The notes: generated from the sequence alone by a model not told the origin. 61,791 nucleotides of DNA, filler included, from Bipalium vagum (GCA_037834085.1; 3 parts of 3 records of this genome joined end to end with filler, not necessarily neighbours in it), one strand, 5' to 3'; shown: positions 1 to 12,689, numbered from the whole stretch's first letter. Made by a program: numbers and translations.

Positions 1-70
<70 letters not shown>
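1..70. repeat. (TTA)n microsatellite
   Basis: Pure TTA triplet run at the window start. Confidence 0.98.
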
Positions 71-71
<1 letters not shown>

Positions 72-176
72 TCATTCATTTTATTTATAAAAGATTAATT
101 CGTTTAACTTTTTAAAAAATTACTAATTTTCTTTTACATCAGATGAAATCTGTTTTAAGTGTTCCTTCAAGAATTT

Positions 177-419
177 TCAACTTACAGAAATATTATCATT
201 TAAAGGATCAGAAATATTTATTATTTTGTTATTATTCATATTTATAATACCTTTCATTGAATCTCCAGTAACATTAAAAAATTTATTTTCACTTTCATCT
301 CTAATAAAATCAATAACCTCATTTTCATTTTTAAATTGATAAGGTGATTTTGAATAAATATATTCTCCATTTTTAGCAAAAGGTTTCAATAGCAAAGGTT
401 TCAAAAGCGGAGCTTGCAT
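177..419 (-). CDS. Hypothetical ORF fragment within the Polinton remnant
   Basis: 80-aa ORF starting 21 bp after the protease stop, same strand, virus-like compact spacing; no recognised motif. Confidence 0.35.
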   Translation of the reverse strand: MQAPLLKPLLLKPFAKNGEYIYSKSPYQFKNENEVIDFIRDESENKFFNVTGDSMKGIINMNNNKIINISDPLNDNISVS

Positions 420-439
420 TTTTTATTTAATTTTTAATT

Positions 440-1001
440 TTAACTTCTCAAAAATACATATTCTAACTCCTCTAAAAATCGAGCAAAGCTCTCACGAAGT
501 TTTACTTCATTTTCCTCAAATTGTTTCTCAATAAAAAGTTGATATAAAACATATGAAGTTAATTGTCCACAATAAGATAAATCTGTCCCACTTTGAAAAT
601 CAAATGTATTATACTCTTTAACATGTTTCTTTAAATCTACAAGAGGTGGTAAACCATAAGAATCAAAGTAGTTAACATTAAAAAATCCAACCTAATGAAT
701 TCCTTTTTGTTTTGTATTTTGATAATTAATAATTAATGGAATTTCTTTTTTTAATATGCGAGGTTTCACCTCTAGCAGTAAGCTGCGTTTTTTCTTTGAG
801 TTCATCCAGAATTAAAACTTTTAAGGGAAATTCTAAATCTTCAGCAATATCTATTAAATCAAAATTTGTTGTTGTATTAATTCCATATTTACATAAAAAC
901 TCTAAAAGTGACCCGAAGGGTCTAGAAGCTTCGCTTCGTAAAGGTGTTCTAACTTTTGAAAATCGAGACGAACCTTGTGGTTTCAAAAACGTAGTTTGCA
1001 T
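440..1001 (-). pseudogene. Polinton cysteine protease (adenain/C5-like PRO) pseudogene
   Basis: After a frameshift near 735 it reads IINYQNTKQKGIH*VGFFNVNYFDSYGLPPLVDLKKHVKEYNTFDFQSGTDLSYCGQLTSYVLY. This gives the H(W), YFDSYG, Q and CG catalytic motifs, with the W codon mutated to TAG. Confidence 0.85.
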
Positions 1002-1212
1002 TTTTTTAAAAAATTGAGTTGGGAAAAAAATATTACTTTTGGGAAAAATTTGAAGTTGAAAAAGGGATCAAAATATAGACCAGCTCAGCTGGCTGGAGTA
1101 AAACTCAAAAAATTTCCTTGTTTAATAATTTTAATTTTATTTTTACACATTTTCCCCAATAACTCTTTAGTTCTTTTCTTTCTAATTTCTGTAAACTTTT
1201 ATATATAAACTA

Positions 1213-1832
1213 TTATATTAAACTATTTAAAATTGTATCCTTTAATCCTTTACCAAAATAAGTATCATAAAAAACTCCTGCTTCAGTTTTTTCAGATGTG
1301 GAAGCTTTGCTTCCTAGAACTTCGGCTTCAACTTTTCCACTTCCATCTCCAATTTTTTTTCCAATTCTATCTTTTCTTTCTCTCCATTTTTTGGAGCTTC
1401 TTTCGACTTTTGAATTGCTGTTGTGACTCATTCAGCATCTAAACCTGATTCTCTTGGTAAACTTAATCCTAGAACAATCTTGCTCTTCATAATTAATTTA
1501 ACAATTGCTCTTTCTAATTTTTCTCTTGGAGTTGAATTTTGAATGTTGTTCGTTTCGTGAATCATTTCTACATCTGCAACATGTCTATCTTTTAAATCTG
1601 TTGACATATATTTTACATCATGTTTCATTACTCCTTAATCTATTCGATTAATTGGAATTGAATCAGGTTTTGGAATTGGAGGAATATTTAAAGTTTTATT
1701 TTCTTCATAATTATTTACTACCTTATTATAGTTTTCTAATCTTTTATGTCCCTGGCCCACGAAATTCGCAACCGGATTTATTTTATTAAAAGGATTCAAA
1801 GATTTTAAATGAAATTCTCCTGAATATTTTCC
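1213..1832 (-). pseudogene. Parvovirus-type phospholipase A2 domain protein (Polinton/adintovirus PLA2) pseudogene
   Basis: GEFHL...NFVG(PGT, restored by a 1-nt insertion)...PINRID*GVMKHDVKY..DLKDRHVAD...ERAIVKLIMKSKIVLGL: Ca-loop plus HDxxY catalytic motif and the typical C-terminal helix; contains an internal stop and frameshifts. Confidence 0.85.
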
Positions 1833-2639
1833 TTATATAAATTTATTTTAAAATTTGTTTATTTGTCATAGCTGATTGAATGTCACCTCCATTTTTTATA
1901 AAGAGATTTTGATATTTTTCTTGAATATTTTCAATATTAGTTTTAATCCTCCTTTTAGGAAGATTTTCCATTTTTGGAGGAGGAGACCTTCTAATTAGAG
2001 GATTCTATTTTTGGAGGAGGAGACCTCTTTCTAAGAGGATTATCTTCTATTTTTGGAAGAGAAAGATTAGCCCATGATTTTCTACTATTTAAAAAAATGT
2101 ATATTTGTATTTTCATGTTTACTTTTATTTTTTAAAAAATACTTTTATCACAAAATTCACAATAATATTTTTCTAGCATTTTTAAAGAGAAAAAAATTGA
2201 GTTATCTCAATTTAGAAAAAACGTTGGAATTTCCTTTTTTACCCTGCGGGTATGGAAAAGTCACACAAAATTCTTTTTTAGTTGTGGGATTTTATTTTTA
2301 TTATCGAAATATTCACAACCCATTTAAGAGAAAATTTGATTTTTTTATTGTTTTTTTCTAATTTTTTTTACTAATTTTATTTCTTAGAGAATGTCTCTCA
2401 AGAAGCGAAGCCTTGTATTTTTTATTTTTTTCCTTATTTTTTAGAAATATTTTTTTACTTATTTTTATATCTCCAGCATATCCAACCAAAAAATATTTTT
2501 TGAGATGGGGGATATACTGGAGATATAACTACTTATATATATAATACCGAAAATTGTTTATGTATAATTAATTATTACCTTTCGATAACTAATTCAATAT
2601 ATTGACTATTTTACCATTCAATCAAGTTAAGACAATCCC

Positions 2640-3310
2640 AGTGAAGTATTAAACGCGCAGTGATGTAATTTACACAGTTATCTTGCAAAAACATTTTATC
2701 AAAACTTCTTTTCAATTTGAGCTGAGAGGAATATTATCACTATTAATTATTATTAGTTATCAAAAATGATTACAGGTGACGAATGTTAGATATATGTGTA
2801 TTAACCTGAAAATAAAAATCTATCGACGGTATGGGTCTTTAAGATGATCCAAAGCCAACAAAAGTTGATCGTGCTCGAAGTACTTCAAAGCTAATAGTGA
2901 TCTATTCTTTCGGAAAAATTTGATATGTCACAATTGTGACTAGAGTTTCATATAATTGGTAATTCTGAAAGATAAAAATGTTTTTGCTAGAAGGCAGAAG
3001 AAAAAGGAAAGAACAACGAATCATTCTTAACAAAGCCAATGCCAGATTCACATCAAAGAACTAAATTTTTGAACTCCAAAAAAATCACACACACATCATC
3101 TATCGTATAGTCTTGTTCTGTATTCGAACGATTTCTTTTTATTCCCATATGTGGAAAAAGAACTGCGCGGAGAATAATTTTCGGCACCAGAGTATGATGC
3201 GTTCAAATTCATATTCCGTCATATTTTGTTTTCTATGGACAAAATTTTTTGAAAATTGGTTCACAAGTATCCCAAAAAGTATTAACGCGAAGGAGAATAT
3301 TTCAATAAGC
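2640..3310 (+). mobile_element. mariner transposase remnant
   Basis: MITGDE.*IY.Y.PE.K..STVWVF, PKPTKV.RARSTSK and a degenerate HPPYSPDL..NDFFLFP motif, with many stops. Confidence 0.8.
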
Positions 3311-3459
3311 AAAAACATAAATTGTTGCAAATAAATTTTAGTTTTTGACATTATTTTTATTTTTTTGCAATGCCTATCGAGCAGCCCACGCATATTCTGG
3401 TATATTTATTATATAAATATATTTATAAAATTTTGAAAATCTTAAAAATTATTTACCAT

Positions 3460-6400
3460 TTAGACTGCAAGGTAATTAATAACTAAAATTTACCTGCTAC
3501 CGTTAAGGCGTTTTCAACTATTTGTGCAGCATCGTTTCTGTTCATTTCAACGAGTTGCTCCAACACAGCTTTTGTAGCTTCAACTTTTCTTCGAACAGCG
3601 AACCAATCACTCAAAAGACTCATACAGGGGTCAGGATGAGTTGACCAAGCTCGAATATCTTCAACAGAATATCCCAAACGAGACGCTAATAAGGTCCAGT
3701 CTTCGTTTGACTTATCATTCAACAATTTACTGACTTCTCGTGCCCATTTAGGAGCACTTGACACAGTCTAAATCAGCTTAAACTATTATCCAGGAGCAAA
3801 GAATAAACTTTTAAGTCGATTTCTTGAACTTGCTCAACTATTTCTTTGACATTAGCTTTTATTTCAGTGACAACTAAATCATTATCATCGATTTTCTTGT
3901 TAATTTCAACAATATTTTCTTTTTGTTCTTTCAAGTCTCTAAAATTTTAGAAAATTTTATATCATACTAAGCTAAAACATTTTCCTGAAAGAATCTAATT
4001 AATTAAAAAAAAATAAAACATAATTTTCAAAAGATGATAATTATGTGATTATTCTCTGATAAAAAATAATTATCCCAATTTATGGATTAGAAACCCTGAT
4101 CTTCTTTCAAAATTTATTGATTAAAATGAGCCTTGAAGATATATCCATTAACTTATGTTATAAGAAATGACAAAGACCAACAAAAGAGAAAGGTTATTAC
4201 TGGTAAAATCTTAAAGACAAAAAAGACAATAATAAATAAACATTTTTTTATTGATTGTATCGAAACTATAAAGAGACTTTATAATAATATAATTATAAAA
4301 ATTCAACCTCACGGAATACGTCCTCAGTATGTCTATGGAAGATTGAGAAAAAAGATATTCAGATATGTTTGGACTTTAGAAGTGTTAATGCATTGTATTA
4401 TATCAAAATACCAGAATGTAATGAGGAGTACAATAAATTTCTTCCTACAGACTAAGATTAAACATGTTATCAAATTGAGTTCAATTCAAAGGACTCTCTT
4501 GCAATCTGTTTAGGCTTTTCTTGTAGAATTGGCTCCTGTATTGAAAAACCCTAACTTATTGGTAATATAGTCGGTAAATTTTCATTGATTTGCTCATGTG
4601 CATTTGATTATTTTATGGTGTTTGTTATTTTGCATTTTAAACTGTGCCTTTCTTAACTTTCTTTTCATCTTCTATTTTGCGGATGTTCATACCGTTTCCA
4701 AGCTGTTTTATTATTATCTTCTTGACTTCCCGATTTATCTTGTTCTTTCTTTCTTATTTTATCAAATGTCATAATTGGCCACAAAAATTTAACAAAAATA
4801 TTTTTAAATAAATCTCAAATTATGAATATGACGATTTTATAGACATGTTCCAAGCAATACAGTGCTTAAATTAAAATTTTCATAACTTTACTCTATGTCG
4901 GTGTACTTTATAAAATTGATTTTATTTAGTAAATATATTTCAATTTCATTATAAAATTGTACTTTTTATTGAAATGTACTTCATGTTGGGTGTACTTTAA
5001 AGGGAGATTTCAATGTATTTAGATTTTCCAACAAATAATAATCATGTAATTTTATCAAATTATCAGTTATTGTAATTTTTATTTTATTTTTCTATCTTAA
5101 TTAGATTAAGAAAAATTATAAAATATGCTTTATAGTTATTGTTTTAAAATTTTAATACATTTATTTTAACCTAAAAGCTATTTTTAGAAGTATCCTTGCA
5201 TTTATAGAAGATAAAATTCTTAAAAGAAACTTATTAAAAATTAATGTCACAAAAATATTTTTATTATCCTGTAAGTAAAATAATGTACTCACTTTCCGAT
5301 CGCGTCGACTAGGCCACTCTGATCCTCTACTTTCTGATCAATCAATTCTATCACTTGTTTCTGTTTGTTGATATTAGAGTCCAACTGAGCCAAAGACCGA
5401 TCGGCAATAATGTCCAGTAAATGCTGACAAGTGTCATGGAAAGCTTTATTAGATTTCTGCCAATTTTCTATATTCGTTTTGAATTTGACCAGTAAATCAT
5501 TTCTCAACAGTCCCATGGCTCGAAGTCCACTGAAGATGCAAATGCAGAACGAGTTATCACCGATGTTTTGATTGATCAAATCTGCAATCAGTGAAAAGAG
5601 CTGCTCTCCAGAACTCTTGAAAATGATTTAACTTCACATAAATTAGCAATTGAAAATATTTACAAGATCCTGTTCCAGAATGTTGGTAATTATCCCCATA
5701 AATGGGGTTATCATAACCAATTTAGAACTTTCCAAGCCTTCCACAAGCTTATTCAAAAATGGTCTCAAAGCATGTGAATGGGTTTTACTGATAATATTGA
5801 TCAGGTTTCCTATAAAGTAAGCATTGTTTGTATCTTCAACTAATTTTTCCACAATGTTTGGGATAATGTTTTCGTTGATCTTCTGAATATATGATTATAG
5901 ATAGACACCGTTAAATAATAAACGAAATTTGTTGTCATGCTTTTCTAAAGCATTTTTTAACATAAAATAAATTTATAAATTTAATAAATTTATCGAATAA
6001 TATCATAGCTAATTAGACGTTAACATATTTGCATTAATGTTATATTTGTGTTCAACATAAAATAATAAGTAATCTACAGTCAATAGTATGGCCTTGTTTA
6101 CATGCCTACCAAAATTATTATTTCAACAAGACTCCGGTGTGATTTATTGAACATCATGTAAATTGTCCAGAAAATTTTGAGAGTCGTTGATTGAAGCAAA
6201 AATTAATATACACAGTGTGTTATATAAGTAACCGAACTTTGGATTTAAATCATAAATTAAGTTTCATTTGTTTAAACTAATCATTAATTTAAAATTACCT
6301 CTTTCATTTTTGAAAATCATCAAAATTTATTTTATTTGGATAACAGATTGAATTTTATTTGCCTTTAAATAAAGGTATGTATCATGCTTATGTCATAGAT

Positions 6401-9400
6401 TTACAGTGGAACAAAGAGTAAATATTACATTTTCAAGGGTATATATCATTTGGACAATTTTAACGAAAGATTTTGGTAAAAGAAAGGTTTGTTCCCCATG
6501 CATTAACTGAAGACAAGAAAACAGCTAGTGTTGAATATTGTAAAGATATCCTCAACAATGTTGAAAACAATCCAGAATATATTGACTAAATGATAACTGG
6601 TGACGAGACGTGGTGTTCAAATATGATCCGTAAACCAAGCGTATTTTATGAAAATGTTCAAGCTATTCAAGCAGCTGTAACATCAGTGCTCACGAAAATT
6701 CCTTTAAATAACTTTAAAAAATTAATGAATGCACTAGCTGACCGTGCCAGATGTTCTATCGAATCCCATGGAGTTCATTTTGAATAATTATAATCTTTCA
6801 TGCATAATATAATGTGTATTTTATTGTATATATATATATTTTTATAACAAGCTTTGTATCTAATTTTGAAAAATGGAACAGCTTTAACTTGAATGATTTT
6901 AAGGTTTATTTTGATTAGTTTCAAACCAAAGAATTACTATTATTATTAATTTATGGTTTTAAAACATTAATATAAAAACCTCTGGATATTCGGTGTATGT
7001 AGTAATCAATATTTGAATAATAGGTAGAATATGATGACCGTTTTCCAATGAAGTTAGAAAATTTTCCAATTTATTCAAATGATCCAAACCAGCCAAGGGT
7101 TTGGCTTCAATAATGACCTGAAGTCCATCTGTACAATAAACAATAAATAATGAACATTGATTTAAAAGAAATGACTGTACCTAAAAATGAATAAATATTT
7201 CCTTCCATACTGGTGCCCGTTAATTTGTCAACCATTTCTACAATATCGGGAATATTATTAACAAGAATTTCTGGTGATGTACATTTTCTTGGAACCATCA
7301 TGGCATATGCAACGTACGCAGAGTAATAACTATGAGAATCATCTGTATTATTGAGGGTTTGAAAAAGAAGAGAGTACAGCTCAGCTGTGAAATTCAAAAC
7401 TGGTTTCTGAAATAATAGAATAAAATGTTTTATTTCTCAGCATTTCTATAAAAAGTAATTCCTACTCATACCTAATAGTCATTTTAGGAACTATTCACCT
7501 AAATATTTTTATCGGAAATGTTGGCTTTCAAATTGTTTCATTAAAAATTATCAAATTTCTATTTATTATATTGGCAAAAATATCTTTAATTGTTAAGTTT
7601 TTATTTTCACATAAAAGTGTATGCAATTCATAATATCATATATAACATTTATTAATAATAATATTATTATTTATTACATTTATAATATATATAATTTTGT
7701 GTTAGAAACTTGGATTTTTAAAATTCAAAATCCATACGACTCTGTATGGCGTAATATACTTCATATTATTTTTGTTGTACATTTTGAGACAAAATGACAA
7801 AATTAATCTGTCTTTGTATTGATTAATTAATATTGAATTTTTCTGATATATATGATTGGATGTTGTTTATATATTTCGATTCCTTTAAACTAAGGTGTTG
7901 GATTACAGTTAAAATACCTTTTAATAAATATCCAAACATTTCCATCCAATTTATTATTAATTTTTAGTTAAGAAATAGCTTACTTTTTTACCAATTAAAT
8001 AAATAATTATTTAATAATTTTAAAAGCATTTTTGAAATGAATCTCATGTAGTTAAGGACAATCGGGAAGTCTTTAGATTCCCATGGTGATTTCTGTGTTT
8101 GATTCTATTTTGCAACAGAATGAAAAAATTTGCTTTATTTGTTGGTACTGATTTGATTTTTTTCCTCAAGTATATTGATGATTTTTTGATTTTTAGCAAT
8201 TTCAGATCAATATTAATAATTATTTGATTAAAGAACTTTTTCTGGAAGAGTTTCAATAAAATGAATTATAAAAATATTCAACTTTGAACAGTTCAACAAT
8301 TTTATATTAGAAGACTTGAAAATTTTCCACATTTTCGTCATAGACTAACATAAGGTTTAAAATCAATTTTAATAAATCTATTAACAAAATCACACATTTA
8401 GAACAATTAATAATTATATTAATATCATTTGTTTTCCGAATTTTAAGATGTGACAAAAAATTCACAAAAAACAAGTTCGATTTTTAATGAATTTTATTTC
8501 ATGAAAGAAAAATGCAGTTATCAATTTGGTTCTGATACCATATCAGAAAGAACGATGTTGAAGTGGTTAACACAATTAAGCTAAGTCAGTTTTGAGTTGA
8601 AAGATGAAGCTCGTTCTGGCCGACCAATCGAAGACAAAATAATGAAAACAATCAACCAAGACCGTCACATAAGCAATTATGGCATTGCTGCGGATATAGG
8701 GATTTGTAAGATATTGTTGTAATCATCTGGAAAAGCTGGGCTACAAGGAAAAGTTTGATATTTGGGCGCCTCATAATTTACCTGAAAAGAATTTAATCAG
8801 CAGAATTTCTATTTATGAATCTTTATTGAATAGAAATGAATTTGAACAGCTTCTTAAAAATATACAGTAATTGCAGAATCTGAAAAATAGATCAAGTATG
8901 ATAATAATGTGAGAAAATGTCGTGGTCCAAAAAAAAAGCTCCACAAAATATTGCAAAATCAATATTGTCTTCGAGAAAGGTGACGTTGCTGTTTACTGGG
9001 ATTTTGCAGAATGAATTGCTGAAACCTGGTCAAACAGTTGATTTTATATTTTATTGTCAGCAACTTGAAAGATTAAATCAAGCGATGAAAAAAAACTACC
9101 TGAATCTCTCAACATAAAGAGCATTGTGTTTTATCACAATGACACTCGTTCATACATCTTTAATGAGTCGTCAAAAATTGAAAGAGCTTGAAGTGGAAAG
9201 TTCTCATGCAACTAGCGTGTAGTCCAGACCTAGCACCATCGGATTACCCTTTGTTTCTGTTTCTGCATAACTTTTTTTAATGGTATAAACTTTTTAAATG
9301 GAATTCCAGTGATTTCAAGAGAAGACTGTGATAAAAACATTGAACATTTTTTGATCCGTGATGGCATTAGGAATTTACCAAATAAAAGGTGAAAGATTAT

Positions 9401-11935
9401 CGAACAAAATGGAACATATATAATTAAATAGTTTTTTCATTGTATGAAATTTTTTTACTTTAAAGCAGATGAATTTTTAGGTCACTTTTCCTTAATGATT
9501 TAATTTATTTGAAATTTTTTGAAGTTAGTTAAAAAGTAATAGAAATATCGATAAATTTTCAAGATAACTTAAGAAAACCTATCTCAAATAAAAATGTAGA
9601 GAAAACAAAATCTAAAAAATAATGTATAAACAATCAATTACCGTAACAAGAAATTGTTGAAAGATAAACAGAATTATCATAGAGTTGGTATTGAATGATA
9701 ACTCTCCATCATAATTCTCCCACTGCAAACCATTTTCCAAACAGGACCTACATATAATAATGATCTCTTTCACCGAAGATAAATATTTTGTTGGGGACTG
9801 ACTAAAGTAAAATATGAAAAGTGAGATGAACTAAATTTCAAGAGGAAACCTTATGAATTCCGATATGTTTTTTATCAACTCACCAAGTGCAAGGGTGTGT
9901 GGATTATAAATGAGAAACAGCATGTTATTAATCAATGAGTTTATAAGCTTCAACAATTCCAGCATTTCTTCTGGGGAATAATCCTAAATATTTTCAATAA
10001 ACTTTTATATTATGTCAATAATATCTATAACTTCTTAACACTTCTTTTTTATTGACAGTTATTATTGAAATAAATCATTGTATTAATGCCCTTGAAATCA
10101 AAAAATTCTTCTACACCCTCCATTCCAAAAATAACCGAACTTTAAAAAAAGGCAACCAATATTTTTTTGATTAAAATAATTTTTATTAATCGATGTAATC
10201 GCCTTCTGCATCGATACACAAATTTGCACGCACTAACAAGTTGTCAAACAACTTCTCTTTTAGGTAATAGTCTAGGCACCGGTCACCGTATTTTTTATGC
10301 CCTCAACCGACTCTGGAAGCTTTCCTTTGATCGTCAAATGAAGTTTGGGAATAAAATCAGCATAACCTTCACTTTTGATTTTTCCAAACGAGATTTTTTC
10401 GGTTTTCCCTCATCCGGCGATCTCCATTCAGCACTCTGCCGCTTTGTTTCGGGCTCATACCTAAAACATCTTGTCATCGGTAAAAATCGTTTTCAAGACG
10501 TTTGGGTCTTTCCGAGCACTTTTAATGATGTCTTTGCTATGATCAATTCGAGGCATTTTTTGGTCTTTGGTGAGTTTGTGTGGAACAAACCGCGAATTAA
10601 CCTTACGTAAGCAAAATGCGGTCAAAATACGGTATGCAGTTGTTTGAGGAATACCTAATTTCATTTCAATCAATTTCACCGATGATTTTTTATTATTTTT
10701 GATAAATTCACGCATTTTTTCAATGTTATCTTCCGATTATCCAGTTTTTGGACGGCCTGGTCTTTCGTCGTCATTTATGGTCTCTCTACCCGATTCAAAT
10801 CGCTTGAACCACTCGTATACTTGCCTACGAGATAGACATTCATCACTATATGCAGATTGTAGCATTTGATGTGTTTCGGTAAAAAATTTAACACAAAAGT
10901 CAATTGCAGCTCTTTCTTTGAAATTCATTTTCTAACCGAAGTATTAAACAGACTAACAAAAACGTAGCAATTACTCACGTTGTTTATATCATAATGTCAT
11001 GAATATTTTATCGATTGTCAATGAATGACCACGTTATCTAGGGGTATAATGTTAAAATAAATGGTGCTTGTAGTACTATTTTTTTAACAAGTTCGGTTAT
11101 TTTTTGAATGGAGGGTGTATTAAATACAATTTATTTACGTAAATAACAGTTTTAATAAAAATTATAAATGAGAAATATTTTAATTTTAAAAATAATCTTT
11201 TATCTTAATACTTTTCGAACTTTTTGTTTTAATTATTAACCGAAATATTTTTTTATTAAATGTCATTTTTAACTTTAGATGTTTTTATTATATTGAGTAT
11301 TGTTCATATTATTAAAAAAACATTCTAAGTTTAAATTTCAAAGAAATGTTAAAATAAGCTCAAAGTTTAATCTATCAAATAATAAATGTTAAAAATAATG
11401 ACGTTCTTTAAATGCACCATTCTTATACAGTTCCTAATTTTTTGCGAGGTTGTAATGTATTCTTTCCTTTCCAATAATAGTAAAATAAAATATGTTTTAA
11501 ATGCAAGTTCCGATACTAAAGCTGGTAAATAAAAGTCGAAACAAAGTAATCTATGAAATTAACTTACTGATCGAAATATGAATCCATAGATTATCTTTTA
11601 ATATATAAATATTGATTATTTTATTTAGAATAAAGTTACATGTCTTTATGTAATATCGGCAAATACTCTTGGTTAACTCAACAATATAATGAGAAATAAG
11701 AATGTATTAAAGAAGATGCGATGTTGAATTTTTAAATTCTATTTACAACCAGGTTAATTTTCTTTCTCCAAAATTTCAAATATATTCTCATTAAAATCAA
11801 ATAACCTTGAATATTAAGTATGACTGGAATCCACGAATAAACATAATACGAGTGAGACCGAACTGACTAAGAACTTTAAACAGGTTTCTTTTCAAATCTT
11901 CTTGGACAACTGGTGAGTTAAAGGCCTTGGATAAC
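3460..11935 (-). CDS. Multi-exon helical-repeat (ARM/HEAT-like) + coiled-coil + C-terminal Death-domain protein, 5' end unresolved
   Basis: Phase-consistent GT-AG exons 11935-11806, 9983-9850, 9801-9642, 7406-7181, 7128-6980, 5882-5664, 5615-5293, 3938-3809, 3767-3494 and 3464-3460 give about 582 aa without stops. Death-domain motif DWTLLASRLGYSVEDIRAW...SLLSDW...LVEMNRNDAAQIVE. Alternative end at 3483 if the last 29-bp intron is unspliced. Confidence 0.85.
4240..4510 (+). mobile_element. Ty3/Gypsy reverse-transcriptase fragment (decayed)
   Basis: Alternative frame STSRNTSSVCLWKIEKKDIQICLDFRSVNAL resembles the Gypsy RT S.SP.ASP.V.V.KKD...R.C.DYR.LN motif. Confidence 0.45.
4560..5017 (-). mobile_element. 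pogo/Tigger-like 5' remnant
   Basis: TA-CATTGAAATCTCCC TIR-like end at about 5015 and a decayed basic N-terminal ORF. Confidence 0.3.
6210..6800 (+). mobile_element. Internally deleted mariner remnant
   Basis: (V)PHALTEDKKTASVEYCKD...MITGDETWC joined directly to the transposase C-terminus (RARCSIESHGVHFE); TIR-like TAACCGAACTTT shared with the element at 10114. Confidence 0.75.
8400..9480 (+). mobile_element. mariner transposase remnant
   Basis: LKDEARSGRP, WAPHNL (WVPHEL) and CSPDLAPSDY motifs with frameshifts. Confidence 0.85.
10114..11117 (-). mobile_element. mariner element with intact TIRs and TA TSD, internally deleted
   Basis: TIRs CACCCTCCATTC(C/A)AAAATAACCGAACTT at both ends flanked by TA; transposase MNFKERAAIDFC...WFKRFESGRETINDDERPGRP...FVPHKLT...TDDK, with most of the DDD domain deleted. 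Confidence 0.92.
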
Positions 11936-12689
11936 CTAAATATTTTGAATAAAAGGAAATGAAACAAAAATAGGAAAAAGTTAAGGAAATTGTTATTAGA
12001 GTAAATATCTTGATATTTTAATTTAATATTAAAAAAATATTCAGGGAATAAACATATACTGATGGTCAATATTTTTTGTACAGTAAGTAATACGTAATAA
12101 TAACGAAATAGAAAAGAGTTAGAGAAATGATACTTTCTGTAATAAATGGTAAACTTCAAAAATTGTTATGCTCATATATAAACTTTGTTAATATATTTAG
12201 AGCTACATGGTTAAAATCTAAATTTTATTTACTTTTTCAGCTATAACAATTTAAATCTTCAAACATTTTTTAATTACCAAATTGAAATTCTTTTATATTA
12301 TTATAAAATTAAATTACTACGTAGTCTGACGGATTTTTTTTCGTATTTTATATACAAAAATAAATTAAAAATTTGTTTAAATATTCTTGTATTTTGAAGT
12401 AACAAACAGATTACAAACCTGCCTTAGATTATTTGAGAAAATCTGTTTTTTTATCTAACACATTTAAAAAATCGAATGAATCAATTTTCATCCTGTAGTT
12501 CCCCGCTTAAAATATAAAAGTAAACCATTGCTGAAACAACGTATCAATCTGGCAATAATGATCTACCTATGTCAATAATGTTTTCATTATTCCATAGCTC
12601 ATGTCAGGAGGTTCTCGAGCGTTAGCAAAACAGACATAGACAAAAAAACTATATCATTTGATTGGCGGAATCGGAAAAGAATCATTAAC

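Larger units (their letters stand above)
100..2533 (-). mobile_element. Decayed terminal portion of a Polinton/Maverick (adintovirus-like) element
   Basis: Intronless co-oriented ORF remnants encode a parvovirus-type PLA2 and an adenain-like protease. The segment ends in ACTACT (2528-2533; AGTAGT on the minus strand), a typical Polinton terminus, preceded by a subterminal hairpin. Left boundary not determined. Confidence 0.8.

Noticed and set aside
1-70. (TTA)n / (TAA)n at both window ends as telomeres or element TIRs
   Set aside because: The same microsatellite occurs internally (41309, 44849, 50097) and at contig breaks; simple repeats that fragment the assembly
736-2361. Plus-strand ORFs 736-1017, 975-1208, 1233-1442, 2074-2361
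   Set aside because: Antisense shadows of Polinton genes, or F/L/I/K-rich low-complexity ORFs expected in AT-rich DNA
10167-10610. 147-aa plus-strand ORF
   Set aside because: Antisense to the mariner transposase inside the TIR-bounded element
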